From Bigelowiella natans CCMP2755 (taxonomy: Eukaryota; Protista; Cercozoa), in contig ADNK01000021.1 of assembly GCA_000320545.1 (NCBI GenBank), forward strand, positions 1 through 64,000: a DNA stretch of 64,000 nt. Direction: 5' to 3'. Each line of letters starts with the position of its first letter. Position 1 is the first letter of the stretch. Below are positions 26,334 through 38,899 of this stretch, one piece after another. The notes beneath the pieces were generated by a model that ran no database searches, had not been told where the DNA came from, and was given only the letters and a program-made list of their open reading frames with translations. The position numbers and the translations under genes are program-made.

Positions 26334-28583
26334 ACGCGCGCACAACGAAGTATGTGAAATGATATCATTCTCGTATCACCTTTTCGAATCTGGCCAGCAC
26401 TTTCTCTCCTGTATTATCAGGCAGACGAACATGTGGTCAGCAGGTCTTCCCAACGTTGACGTTAAGTAGTCGAAGAACTCATAATAAAAGTACCCAGCTT
26501 GCCATCTGTCCGTTTTGCAGTAGCTTTCGCCGTGTACGCGTCAATGAGAGATTGGCTCTGAAATCAATTAAGTGACTGTCACACACTTCTTATTTCTGCA
26601 GCAGCAACATGTTTTCTTTGGGAATAGGGAAAATTATCTCCCACATCTTTCTTGCGCTTAGCCAGTGCCGCCATCGAAGTTTCGAATGCACTTGAATGAG
26701 TCTTGTATTGCGCAGATACCTAGCATCAAGCACAAGGAGACTCGGTTTATTAGCTCGTGCAATTCGGCTCTCGACTGGCAATCATCATCGATGGTATCAT
26801 CTGACAAACCGTCTCAGCAATATCGCTTCCGATGATAAAGAACTGCTCAATGGGGGGATTCACCGAACTGTATGTTGAAGGATAGTGATGTCAACAAAAG
26901 AGCGTGTTAGCAAAGCCTCTCCAACGGTGTACAATTACAGTCAAATCTCTTGCTAGTGTAAGAACAAAATGACACGACTTTTCAACGTCCTCGGCCAGTT
27001 TTTGGTGCGTATTAGCCATGGTTTCTGCGTCATTCAGCATCCAAAGCAATGCGTCGCGGCAGGAATTCATCTGATTAGTGTTGTAACGAATCTCAATGCT
27101 AGTCGTATATATTCATTGAAGTATATCAGAATCTGAGAATTCAGATGTTTTTGAAGTTGCTTCTCGTGTCAATCGTGTCGAGAAGGCAACAGGTGGCGTT
27201 GGCTTACCTTATCGCTTGGATTCATAGACGCCACTTTCGCCTTCTCCTCCTGAGCTATCTGGAAATACACCATTGAATCAACGTAGTCGTAGGACGAGGA
27301 GGGAAACGTGTTTAGTGGCATTTGAGATCACCTTCGATATCTCTTTCGAGAGCTTGTAATGCGATTCTGTAACCCTCATGAAAAACTTCTTTGCCCTTTT
27401 GATGATGTTCATAGCTGCCCCAGCTTGAACTCTCACCGCGTTAGTTTTGTGCGCGAGTTTCTTCGAATACAAGTCTCCGGGAAGAACATGATTCATTTTT
27501 CCATCTGAAGATAAGTCGGCTATGCTACCTGTGGCTGGGCTATTGCTGGGGGCATAAGTTCCGCTCTTTTTGTCGGGATGACGCAGAAATTTTGTTCTAG
27601 AGGGCGTCTTATGAGAAGTGTCCTTCGTGGGAGAAGAACGACTGTAATCTACAGAATTAAACCTGGTTGGAGGTGGGGGGGGAGGAGCTGTATCCGATTT
27701 TTGCTGCTTCTTCTTTGGCGGTGGTGGAGGTGGCGGATCATTATTATCATTAATCGTGGTAGTTGTAGAAGAATAACTTGTCAAACTCTGGAGCGAACTC
27801 ACCGCTGAGTTCGTTGTAGAGCATGTTCTTACTGAATTGCGTTTTGGGGGTGGTGGGATCGATTCTCGATTCTTCCATGATCGAAGTGGCGGCTTCTTCG
27901 TCGCAGTTGCAATCGGCAATTCGTCTGCGCTATTATTTAATGTAGGAGGGGCAGCAGCTGAAATGGATCGGCGATTGCGAGCCGGCATTGGTGGAGGAGC
28001 AGGGGGCTGGGCTGCTGAACTGCTGAAGGATGATGGACAATGAGGGGCCATGGCTCGGTTTTGAACAAGATTTGGCCTTTTAGCCGCTATAGATCCTCTG
28101 CGTGGTGGTGGTGTTGGTGTAGGTATAGAACCCCTCCGTGGCGGTATTGGTGGAACCGAATTAGGGATTTGCTTGCTGCTTATTGGTTTCGAATATCTCG
28201 GAGACCCCAGCAATGATGGAGGAGGACGAGACGGAGCGGGAGCGGAGGAGACTTTTATGTTTTTTATATGGGAGTTTCTCCTTCTCCCTCCTCCTTCTCC
28301 TCCATCTTCTTCTCCTTTTCCGACAAGTTTATTTCCGGTTGGTTTTAGAGCCGCCCTCCAATTAGAGGGTCTACAAAAGCATTAATCTTAAGAATGCAAA
28401 TCCCAGCTCAAAACCGATCATCTATGTCATTTTATCTTACCCTTCTAGGGGTGCGCTCTTAGCACCCTTCTTCTTTGGAATCTTGAAGGAACGTTTTCCC
28501 TTGGATTCCTGATCGTCGTTGGGGTTCTGGAACATCTTCATACGGTCCCGAAGTGACGGGGTGCTATTCTGTACACCACTCAT
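23270..28583 (-). CDS. Proline-rich N-terminus + F-BAR/FCH-like + RhoGAP + C-terminal WW domain protein
   Basis: RhoGAP: GGVFGGTLEDVM, HVAAGMLKEWLR, KMTEKNMAIVFAPSIL. WW: LIPGWEAHRDPESGHVYYYNKETKESQWEPP*. FCH-like: KKFFMRVTESHYKLSKEISK, AETMANTHQKLAE. Poly-Pro exon 27278-28213. Confidence 0.85.
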
Positions 28584-29966
28584 TGCATCCCGCTTAAGTC
28601 GTTAGAACAGAATGGTGCTGCTGCAGTTCCGGGGGGGCTGCTACGATGTGGTGAGACGCAATGATCAAATTATCCCCCTTCTTACCTTGGCCGGGGGGGC
28701 AGCAGACTTGAGTTATAGGAAGATAGATAAAAAGATCACCCTGAGAGGACGCATAGTTTCCAAAATCCATGCGGTTTATATACTGCGACAACAACAAAAA
28801 AGCATGTCGCAGAAAGGAAAACCGAATCCGTGTTCTGAGTACGTTGGGTTGCCGGGAGTCCCCCTAAAAGCGTAGGAGTCTGGCTTCTCAGCTCGATTTT
28901 GTTGTAATGCCCATATTCGCGGGAATAGCCTATTAGATCCTTCGAATGACCTTGAAGTACTCCTTCGATGTTTGAGGGACTGGAAGCACGAACAAAAATA
29001 CGCTCTCAGTCTCATCTCAGCAAATTGATCATCTCCGAGCACTGCGACCTCACCGTAATCGGTGATCCAAAATATGTTCTTAAAGAACCAATCAAATATT
29101 TCCTAACGATCAAAATCTAAAGACAGTATTATCAACTATGTGTGCCTACACAAACGTGAACAATCCAGCGACTAGATAGATAGTAAGGATGAGGATGATG
29201 GTAGCGGGTCTCTCTTTGCGTTCCTTCGCACGTACAGTCAGCTCGTTAGCCCTGACCATGAGTCACTGAAATTGAGATGAAGAGCTGTGATAAAGAGATC
29301 ATTAGAATCTTGATCAAGGTCGCGTATCGAAATGGGATTAGAACGTTCAGGTGCGCAAGCACCACTGCTTGAGGAGATGAAAATGAAGAAATAGGATAAT
29401 CCAGCTGTTCGTCCTATATTTTTGCAAAATATATCCACCTTTAATTCACCACTTGAATTTTCACGGCTACTTGCTTGTAGCCTGGGTGGGTGTACTTTGT
29501 AGCAAGCAGATCGAACTTAGACATGCTAGCATGGTTCAAGTGCTTAAGCTAGGCGTTGTCGATATCTCTCAAATAACAGCAGGGGAACATAGGAAAAATA
29601 GATGACCTTTGTTGTATCGAAGCAACTGCATCTTCATCAGACACCAACTTTACATGTATATCCGCTGGAAAGCTAATAAATACATGTACATGGAAATCAC
29701 AATGCACTAGTGCAGGCAGCAGCGCTGAGGGATGTGGTATCTATAACATGCATGTATTGTGTTGTCTAGATGCAGACCCTGGCTCATCATTTTTGTTGTA
29801 TTACATGGATTACGTGTGTGTGTACACAAACCATGTAGTTTGATGAACGGACGCACATGTCCCTTAATGATGCAGCGTACTGCGCATGCATGATCCTGGC
29901 AGTACCATAACAGATTTTAGCTAAGAAGATGTACATTGTGGCATACATATACGTGAATACTAGTAT

Positions 29967-31343
29967 TTACACTGCTGCCACTCCTACTGCGTTCTGTGCC
30001 ATCCCTCGCAGCTCAGAAATAACCTTACCATAGTCGTCTGATTTAAAGATGGAGCCACCTACGACAAACATGTCGATGCCAGATTGGGCGAGCGCGAAGA
30101 TGTTTTTGTTTCCCACTCGACCGTCAACTTCCAAACGGATCTTTCTACCGGATTGATCGATTTTTTTCTTTATGTCTTGAGCCTTCTTGTAAGTTATGTC
30201 CTGGAAGCCCTGATCCTTGAAGCCGGGGTTGACGCTCATTAGTAGAATGATATCCACTTTGTCCATCACATGATCCAAAACCTAACATTACAATACATTC
30301 CATAACTTTCTTTAACTACCGCCTTGAATGTGTTTGAATCCATGAATCCTCATTATTTGCTATTGGAGTGTATTTGATTACGGAAAGGGGTGTTCCTGGA
30401 TTGATAACGAGACCACATTTGAGTCCATTTGCCTTGACCAGGCTAAGTGAACGATCGACGTGCTTCACGCCTTCGGGATGAAATGTTATATAATTTGCAC
30501 CCGCATCGGCAAACTCCTGAATTAAATGATCTACAATATCGTCTGCCATTATATGGACATCAATTGGGGCCGTGATGCCTGCGTCAGAAAAATATCAGCT
30601 TGGAATCTCTATGATAGATGTTCGAAAATTTAACCATATTTTCGGAGCGCTTTTACAAACATCGGTCCAAACGTGAGTTTTTCCGTGAAGTGGCCGTCCA
30701 TGATGTCACAGTGCACAACATCAGCCCCACCAGCGATTGCTTTGTCTATCTAAAAAGATTAATATTTACCAAGTAGTTAGTATCCTATTTGCCACCATCC
30801 TTACTCGTATTACTATGTTCCCTAGATGTAAGTTACCTCTGGTCCAAGCATAGCAAGATTTGCTGTCTGAATTGCAGGAGCAATGAGCATACGGTTACCT
30901 GAAGAAATAAACATAAAGTTACTTTTTCTTTTTCCGCGCCTCTGAATAGGGATACGACTTTCAAGAACTTCATTCGCATGGCGCTGGATTTCATCCTTAT
31001 CAGTTGCCTTCACTCTAAGTTGGCGCTGTTCCATATACATATGATGCATAGATTCAATATTGTATCCTTCATATTAGACATAAGGTAATACCACAACTGA
31101 AGAATGTGTAAAGATTCTCTGCCTTTCTACATTTGATAATGTAATCTTCGAATTATCTATGGCACAATGAGGGAGCAAAGTCATTTGAGGATGCAGAGGA
31201 CTTGTAATAGACCGTGTCATCGCAGGAATCGATGACAATTTTTCATGATGATGTGCCAATAGGAGACAAAGAACTGTGGCAACACCAGCCAGAAACACTG
31301 GTATTCCGATGAACTTCCGCGAATACTTTTTGAATGATGGCAT
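29967..31343 (-). CDS. RPE: Ribulose-phosphate 3-epimerase, plastid-type, with signal-peptide + transit-like leader; divergent
   Basis: [54 protein letters not shown]. Leader [30 protein letters not shown]. Confidence 0.92.
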
Positions 31344-31934
31344 CGAAAGAACGGCAGTCTGAAAGATTAGCGCCGTCTTGTGAAAATATATAACCCCTAT
31401 TTCTCCTCTCTCTCTCTCTCGCTCTCCCCCTTTCTCTTTCCCCTCTTCATTTCTCTCGACTGCCTTCGTTTTCTGTTAATTTTTTAGATTAAACGCATCT
31501 ATACCTTTGTTTGTGCCAGAGGAAAAGGGATGTGGTTGGGTTCTGTTCGGAAGGATTTGCTTCGAGAACTACTTCCGAAAGAACGGAAGATCATCTCGCG
31601 TTTCTCCTCGTTTTTTGCCCTCCGACAAACAAAATATCTGGAGAAAAGACAATTTTTGCTCTTCGTTGAAAACACAGCGAAAATGAGCCGGGATCTTCCC
31701 GCGAAAATGTTCCCTCTCCATGAATTTTCTGGATGTAGATCTAGATCTACCTGGATTTCTTCGCGGTTTTGTTCATTTGAGTGTTTCGACTGCTGAAAAA
31801 CCGTTTTTTTTTCACCTCCAGTCAGCACCTGCGACATCATTGCATTGGATACATACGAGGCAATACTCTCCTTGTCGCTGACGGTAAACACCGGCCGTTT
31901 CGCCCCTTCCAATGTGACAGTTCCCAAAGAAACA

Positions 31935-32465
31935 ATGGCTGACCAGAAGGGCAAGGGTAAGAATGCTTGCCAGTCCCTACACTAACCGAAAATAAGAATG
32001 AGAGAAATTGTAATTGTTCCAAATATTAAACCTAGAGATGTAGTAATTGTGTGCCTCAACCGAGGGTTCGAAAGAGGCTCCATTAGGGGACTCTCAGCGG
32101 CACAAAACTAACGCACTATGTATCTATCAGCAAAAGAGGCCAAAGTGCCTGAGAAAAAAGATGCCACTTCACAAGTCATAGTTAAAGTCCAAAAGATGCC
32201 AGACAATTTAGCTGCAATTGCTGTCCAAACCGTTGTAGATGGCCTCGAAAAATTTAATGATTTGCATGCGTCGGCGGATTATGTCAAGACAAACTTCGAG
32301 AAGGACAATTTTATAGATGAGGAAACCAATGAGAAGATTTCAACTAAGGGAGTATGGCACTGTATTCTTGGTAGAAAGTTTGGATCTTTTGTAACCTTTG
32401 CGGAAGGAAATTACATATTTTTCTACATTGGTCAGCTAAGTTGTTTGCTATGGAAATCAAGTTAA
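31935..32465 (+). CDS. Dynein light chain (LC8 family), 2 exons
   Basis: WHCILGRKFGSFVTFAEGNYIFFYIGQLSCLLWKS. First exon MADQKGK followed by gtaag. Confidence 0.9.
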
Positions 32466-33072
32466 GGAAATAATTTCTTGCGATCATCATTTTTCAGTCA
32501 TTGCAACTTATGTACCATGTGATAATATCGGTTTTGGCGAACGTATACGCCACACGCACACCAGACTTTCTTTTACAAATTTATTACTTTAGTCACAGTG
32601 TGTGCTAGCATGGATAACACACATACACAAACGACTAGCTAAAGACGCAGTTTCATGCGCTATGCATGATGTACACAGCATACATGTTTTACCTATTCTC
32701 ATCATGTGCTTAGCAGCGATATATATTATAAACCTGTGCTACGTGTAGCACTACTGGTTCTATATACTCGTGCAATGTCATTAGTACGCAGTCAGCACAT
32801 CATCACATTATTATTAGTCATCATGGCGCCGGCGGCCACTTGTACGCGTGCGTACATACATGCACGCTATGTGACGATCTGCAGTGTGGATACGCTACGC
32901 ATGCGTGTTCATGGTCCACGTACATGCAATTTGCGCTGAGAATCGTGCAATGGTTATATGTTGTCCCAGCCACATGTCTTGTCGATTATGTACGGCGGAC
33001 TTGATCGACGCTTGGCCTTCCTAGCTTCGTCCGCTCAATCATATGTGAGACGAATGTTCAGTGTGATGAATT

Positions 33073-33103
33073 GATTAAATCTTTTCAATGGTCATCCTAA
33101 TGT
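33073..33103. repeat. Dispersed 31 bp motif GATTAAATCTTTTCAATGGTCATCCTAATGT (copy A)
   Basis: Identical to 53626-53656. Confidence 0.85.
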
Positions 33104-33418
33104 AGCTGTACAATGCAGCGGCTACACCGCTGATGTTGTGTCCATTTTGTCTCCATTGTCACGCATGCATGTTTCATGCGCGTATAAAAGCATGTTCTCT
33201 AGCTAATTCGCGCCATGTCGAGCAGTGAGCAAGGCGCCTCACTTAACTAACTGCCTGTTACGCGCGAGCCATAATCGCTTTCCCTGATTCTAACGCATGA
33301 TGAGCACGGGGTTCATTTCCACATGCGTCGTTTGCAAAGCGCGGTTGAGCCACGGTGTGCGTATTTAGACGAGCATTGTCAACAACATATAGCTCAGTCA
33401 TGTCTGATGCTATGCAAT

Positions 33419-33487
<69 letters not shown>

Positions 33488-33771
33488 TCATGCCTGCGTG
33501 AATACTACGTGTATGTGCATCGAACATGCACGTACGACATTCCAAGGACACAATGCAAAATACAATTGATCTGCATATCCATCCCAGATTTAATCATATC
33601 ATTACATCTGTCGCCGTATCTATCCCGTCATGAGTCATATGAGATAGTAGCAAAGGTAGTTACATCCATAGATACATGAAATGTCACGCATGTATATATA
33701 TTATCGACCAGCAATTATCATCGCCATCAAACTTTACGTAAAATTTAATTTGTAATCAAAAGTTGCCGATT

Positions 33772-34092
33772 TCAACGTCTATCTACGGCTATCCTTAGCC
33801 AGTGGCCAGAATTACTGATCTGGGGAATCGCAAGCCTAAACGGTGGAAAATACACAATTAGAAGACGAGGATTGGCAAACATACGTATGCTTATGAGCAG
33901 AACTACACATAAGCACACCTGTTGGATGAGATGATCTATGTCGCTTAATTCTGAATCCTCAAGCACGAAGTTTTCGTCTTCAAGCACTTCCAGATCCTGC
34001 AGTACAGTAGTTCATCGCAGCTTAGTTTTATCAAAATTTATAAATTCAGGGAAGCATTGGACTCCATGACGATAAGATAAGCTCTCTTCCAC

Positions 34093-34137
<45 letters not shown>

Positions 34138-34553
34138 CCAAACACACACACACACACACACACGCGCACACACACCTTTTGCTCGCGATTCAGATAATGC
34201 AAAAAGACTCACCTCTTTCATATGTACGGGGTCACAAGTACCCGTCAGCGGTACGATACCTCTCTCCGTTAAATACTTGAACAGTATTTGTGGGCTGCTC
34301 CGAGCTATTTATTCATTCATGCAGGCAAGAAAGAAGTAGAAGAGAAGCAAAGGCAAGTGGAGACCGTAATTACACACTCAAAAATGTAGCCGATTGAAAA
34401 TTTGTCGGCTGATTGATAATCAGGGCACGGAGCAACCGAAGCATACAAAAGCGTACCGTACTTCCTTGCGAGTCCCTTTACAAGAGGGCTCTGCGAATGA
34501 ATACAACGTAACAAAGGAAAAACGTATGTCAGACGATGACGGCAGACGATACA

Positions 34554-34595
<42 letters not shown>

Positions 34596-36445
34596 AGCGC
34601 AGGAGGAGCTTTAGCATGCTGGCGTGTGCATCCATTCATCGGCAGAGCAGGCATACATACGTGTAAGAGGCCCGGATTTGCAGTGAGGGACCAGAAGCTC
34701 TGATAAACGATGTGATTATCCGAACACCATTGTCGAAGCCTGACCGATATTATCAATCACTGGATCACAATCTACCACGGTGAATCAGAGATACACATGG
34801 ATTGCATAAGTCGAACTACATCATGTTGCTGCTGGCTATATGCTGCAAATTTGCATTGGTGCTGCAGTTGGTGGTGCGAAACAGTAAAGAGGCAGAAAAA
34901 CAAAAATAACACCGCTCCAACCCCCCCCCCCCCCCCCCCGTCGCTCATCATCACTACAGTTACTACTCCGTATCGTAGCCACTGTCCACATAGAACCGAT
35001 TCTGTACAACAGCAGGCTTGACTCTTGCCGCCGAGCAGCTGAGAAGAAAGAAGAAATGAAGGAGAAAGTGGGAGAGGAGTTAAAGTAAGAAGGGAGGTAC
35101 TCACACAACGACACGCGCATAGAAACAAGAACTCTCTTTCTCTCCCTCTCCCTCGCTTGACCACCTCACCCACTCTTATTCACACTATCACACTCACGCA
35201 CAGAGATTTGAGCAGGGGGAGACTGTAACAATTCGAAATCCCCAGCTGCTTTACTTTTCCTTGCAGCTTCAGCTCCTCCATTGCCTCCCACGCCTATCGA
35301 TGTTCAACAAAACCCTCAGTGGAGCTACTATTCTTCTCATCAAAATGCACACATTATTACCGCTTGGGTCTTTTCAGCAGTGTTCAGAGGGGAGTGCAGG
35401 ACGAGGGAGTCGACGTAGTTGGTGCCTAACCGCAGCAGCAGCAGCAGCAGCACATACATGATCATGGCGACTAAGATATCATTCCACAGCAGTACACACA
35501 CTGATGTGAATGCCGATGATTTTCTTTCGCGTCTGCAGCAGGAAGTAAACCATCCGATGCATTCATTACTATCGTTAGACTGTTCATCACCATCCCCGTC
35601 GTACATTATCATGCATTGCATTGCTAGCTAGTAGTGGCAGCTTTACCAAGGTTCTCGAGGCTGGTTTCGAACGACTTTCTGACCTGGTAGTGGGTATAGT
35701 GCCAGTAGCAGCAATGATGCAATGGATGAGCAAATAATAGCTTTGGTTGAAGCATCAGCAATGCGTGCGGTCGTCGTCATCCTCATTTGCTGGCATCTTG
35801 CCCTGACCCTCCCTTGTCCCTCCCATGACTACCTGAGAGGGGACTGCGGCTCGTGGATCGTATGGGATTGAGGCGGGATCTTGCCCAGGCTCCGGAGAGA
35901 ACAACAATGATAACAATCAACCAACAGGGGAGGGGGTTTACAAAGAGCTTTTCATTCTCGATTGTAGGAGGAAGCAATATTGAAAGATGCTTAAAACTAT
36001 TCTGACTTTATTTATTGCTGCTTCTATTAATTGTTCTTGCAACACGACGACTACCGGTGGCGTGTATTTTGTCTGAATAAAGAGGTCTTCTCTTCTCACG
36101 ACGCTAAGGAATTCAACATTACATAAGCAATTGTACATCGTGCACACACACACACACACACATAACCCCGTGCCTGTGTGCGTTCCTATGCATATTTGTT
36201 TAACCGCAACCATCTTTCTCCTTCACATTTATTTGTCCCTCCTATTTTCACCATTGTCATCAACAACAGCGGCCGAAGCATTACCCCCTAGCCTCTAGAT
36301 TCTTAATTGCCGCGCCGACTAAATCTTCTCGGTAATGACTGAATACAGGACGACTTATTTTGATGTTTGTCACTCGTCGGTATAAATGAACTCAATTCAC
36401 AAAGCGCATTCTTAGAATTAAGAAATATGTGTAAACTGATAAAAA

Positions 36446-36500
<55 letters not shown>

Positions 36501-36504
36501 ACGA

Positions 36505-36549
<45 letters not shown>

Positions 36550-37406
36550 CAAGCAAATCACTGCTTACAAGTAATCAAATCCCATAATCACAACCAGCAA
36601 CCAACCGTGGCTGGCAAGCGGTATCAATGCCTCGAAAGCCTGCTGTCACAGCTTGCTCCACCAAGGCATCTAATAGCCAAGTTAAATTTGAGATATCTAG
36701 GGAAGGGTGAACAGCTAAGTTGATAGAGCGCGAACTTGTTTTATCAGCAAAAATTATTTACTGCCAACTTCACGAAAAACCACTACCTGTCCTCTCCTTC
36801 TTCCAAGCGGTACCATATATCATTTTCGGCATATCAATACCCTCGTGCGTCCTGACCCACTATCCAATAATAAAGAGAAAGAGGAAGAGGAAGAGGAAAA
36901 AGAAGAAGACAAAGAAGAAGAAGAAGAAGAAGAAGAAGAAGAAGGAGGAGAGGAAGAGAGAAGCCACATCCAATATAATGCTATTCGATAGAAAATAACT
37001 GCATTGTCCTCGACGTGCTTATCACCACCACCATCACACTGACACCCAAAATACATCTCTATTATTAATTAAGTTTACACTCTGGCTCGATGCAGTGCGC
37101 TTCGTTCCGGTCGTCAGCGTCTCTGCTCTGCTCATCGGAAACTTTCGAGGATAATAGCCATATTGCCCCAACAAAGGGGTGCAGCTAGCAATACTAAGCA
37201 GAGGAAAACGGGACGACATGTTAGAAAAGTAGCCATTAGACCGCCCAACACGCTTCCATTGACCAGAATTCACCCGTACAGAGAACTTGCATCATTTACA
37301 AACACGAGAGAAAATTCATAATCACTGACCACAGTCCACATACGCAGAGGCCCCGCCAGGAGGGCACGAATCTTCGAAGGCGCCGCTGTGACAACGACGA
37401 CCACAT
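33772..37406 (-). CDS. Aldo-keto reductase, many introns; ends approximate
   Basis: IYGTAWKKERT, AVTAGFRGIDTACQP, REDLFIQTKYTP, SFETSLENLGTNYVDSLVLHSP, WEAMEELKLQGKVKQLGISNC, IVYQSFWSLTANP, GIVPLTGT. Confidence 0.88.
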
Positions 37407-37569
37407 GCTAGTCGTTTGCTCACACTACTCGGTGTGGGACGCTGCAGAGGAGGGTGCTCCAAACATGAAGAATAAATGGAACTTACTGAGAAACGCTTGG
37501 GACTTTTTATCAGCGACAACTATGTTATGATTGTCGCAGTCATTTCTGAGAAGAAAAAGCATTGGTCGT

Positions 37570-38520
37570 TAGGGCACGAAATCTGCTGAATGTCCACGCT
37601 GGTGGTGGGCTCTGGCCTGCATTGTTGAGTGCGTGTCATGCGATGCGCACGTTGTTGCCGGCGACTGCAGCTAATGGAATTGGGCATGGGAGCACAGATG
37701 CGTGCGCGCAGGTGCAATCGAACAACCTCAAAGTGTGAGACGGGTGCAATGAACAAGCCAAGTTTGTTCAACGGCGGTCACACTGATTGTGCAGCTGTGC
37801 AAAGCAGCGGCCACAGCGCATGAGCGCTGACGCTGTTTGTTTCAAGTGTCACATGCTGCATGCATTTTTTTGTGTCGATGTCGCGCATGAACCTCAGCCA
37901 TCTGCATCTTCTTGTCGATTCATCGCATCAGTGCCAGTCAATCGGTTCACACAGTTCACATCGGCATCGCTTTTCCGGTCCACGATGTTGCAGCTGCTGA
38001 TGAGTTGGTTTCGAAGTTGTCAATCGCATCATTGTGCAGCGCTGCGTTTGTTGATCGATTTCGATGAAGAAGCACTTAGCGCCGCATCGATACACGTGCG
38101 TCGCGTGTCTGTGAATGATGGACACGCACTGTGATGCAACACGTGCGATGCATCCTGCTGTTGCACATCCTAGCTGCTAGCATGTGTGTCATGTCACTGT
38201 GTCCGCCATGATCTAAACATGTGACTCTGCACTTTGTCGATCATTGTATGCTCTACCAATCAGCATGATCAGCTAGTGCCTGAAATGCGCATTTGTTTGT
38301 GCACGCGCACTAGCTAGGCGGGCCGGCCTAGCGGGCACTAGAAATCTAGATGCTGTCACGTCAGTCGATCGATCATATCAGCTTTCATTTATTTCATGTC
38401 ACACATCGGGGTGGCTACTAGGGCACACAGAGTGCCGATCGAACAGGTAGCACTAGATTGATCCAAGCAAGAGCCGCATCGTTGTAGCAACGCCGCTCAC
38501 TAGTGGTCCAGATGTCATTA
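37570..38520. other. TpA-depleted island 2
   Basis: No TA in 37674-38076. From 38170 to 38350 most TAs are CTAG. Confidence 0.85.
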
Positions 38521-38899
38521 CTGTACATTGGCTAGCGCATCAAGACATGGAGATGTGTGTGCATACATGCGTACATAATTCTTGTTAACATTTAGCTGAC
38601 CTCATTGATATGCTCTTGTCCACATGCACGTGATGAACACCGAAATAGTAAACAATGTGTGCATGACAAATTCACTACACAACTTGGAACTCATAAAATG
38701 TTATATATTATTACAATCAATTTATCCTACCACCGCTGTGGATGTGCTTAGGCTACTTCACTACATATACTGCCTGATCTACACTGTGACCTTATGTGCA
38801 GATTTCATCCAAAATCTACCACGCTCCCTAATATTATTGTGCATAATTACTTAATCGATGCTACATCATGCAAAATATACAAATTGAAACATGCAAAAC

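Noticed and set aside
28600-29500. Short ORFs between the RhoGAP and RPE genes
   Set aside because: No motif or consistent exon structure could be supported.
33060-33135. Possible C/D-box snoRNA (GTGATGA ... CTGA) around the 31 bp motif
   Set aside because: The other copies lack matching C and D boxes, and no rRNA-complementary guide was recognised.
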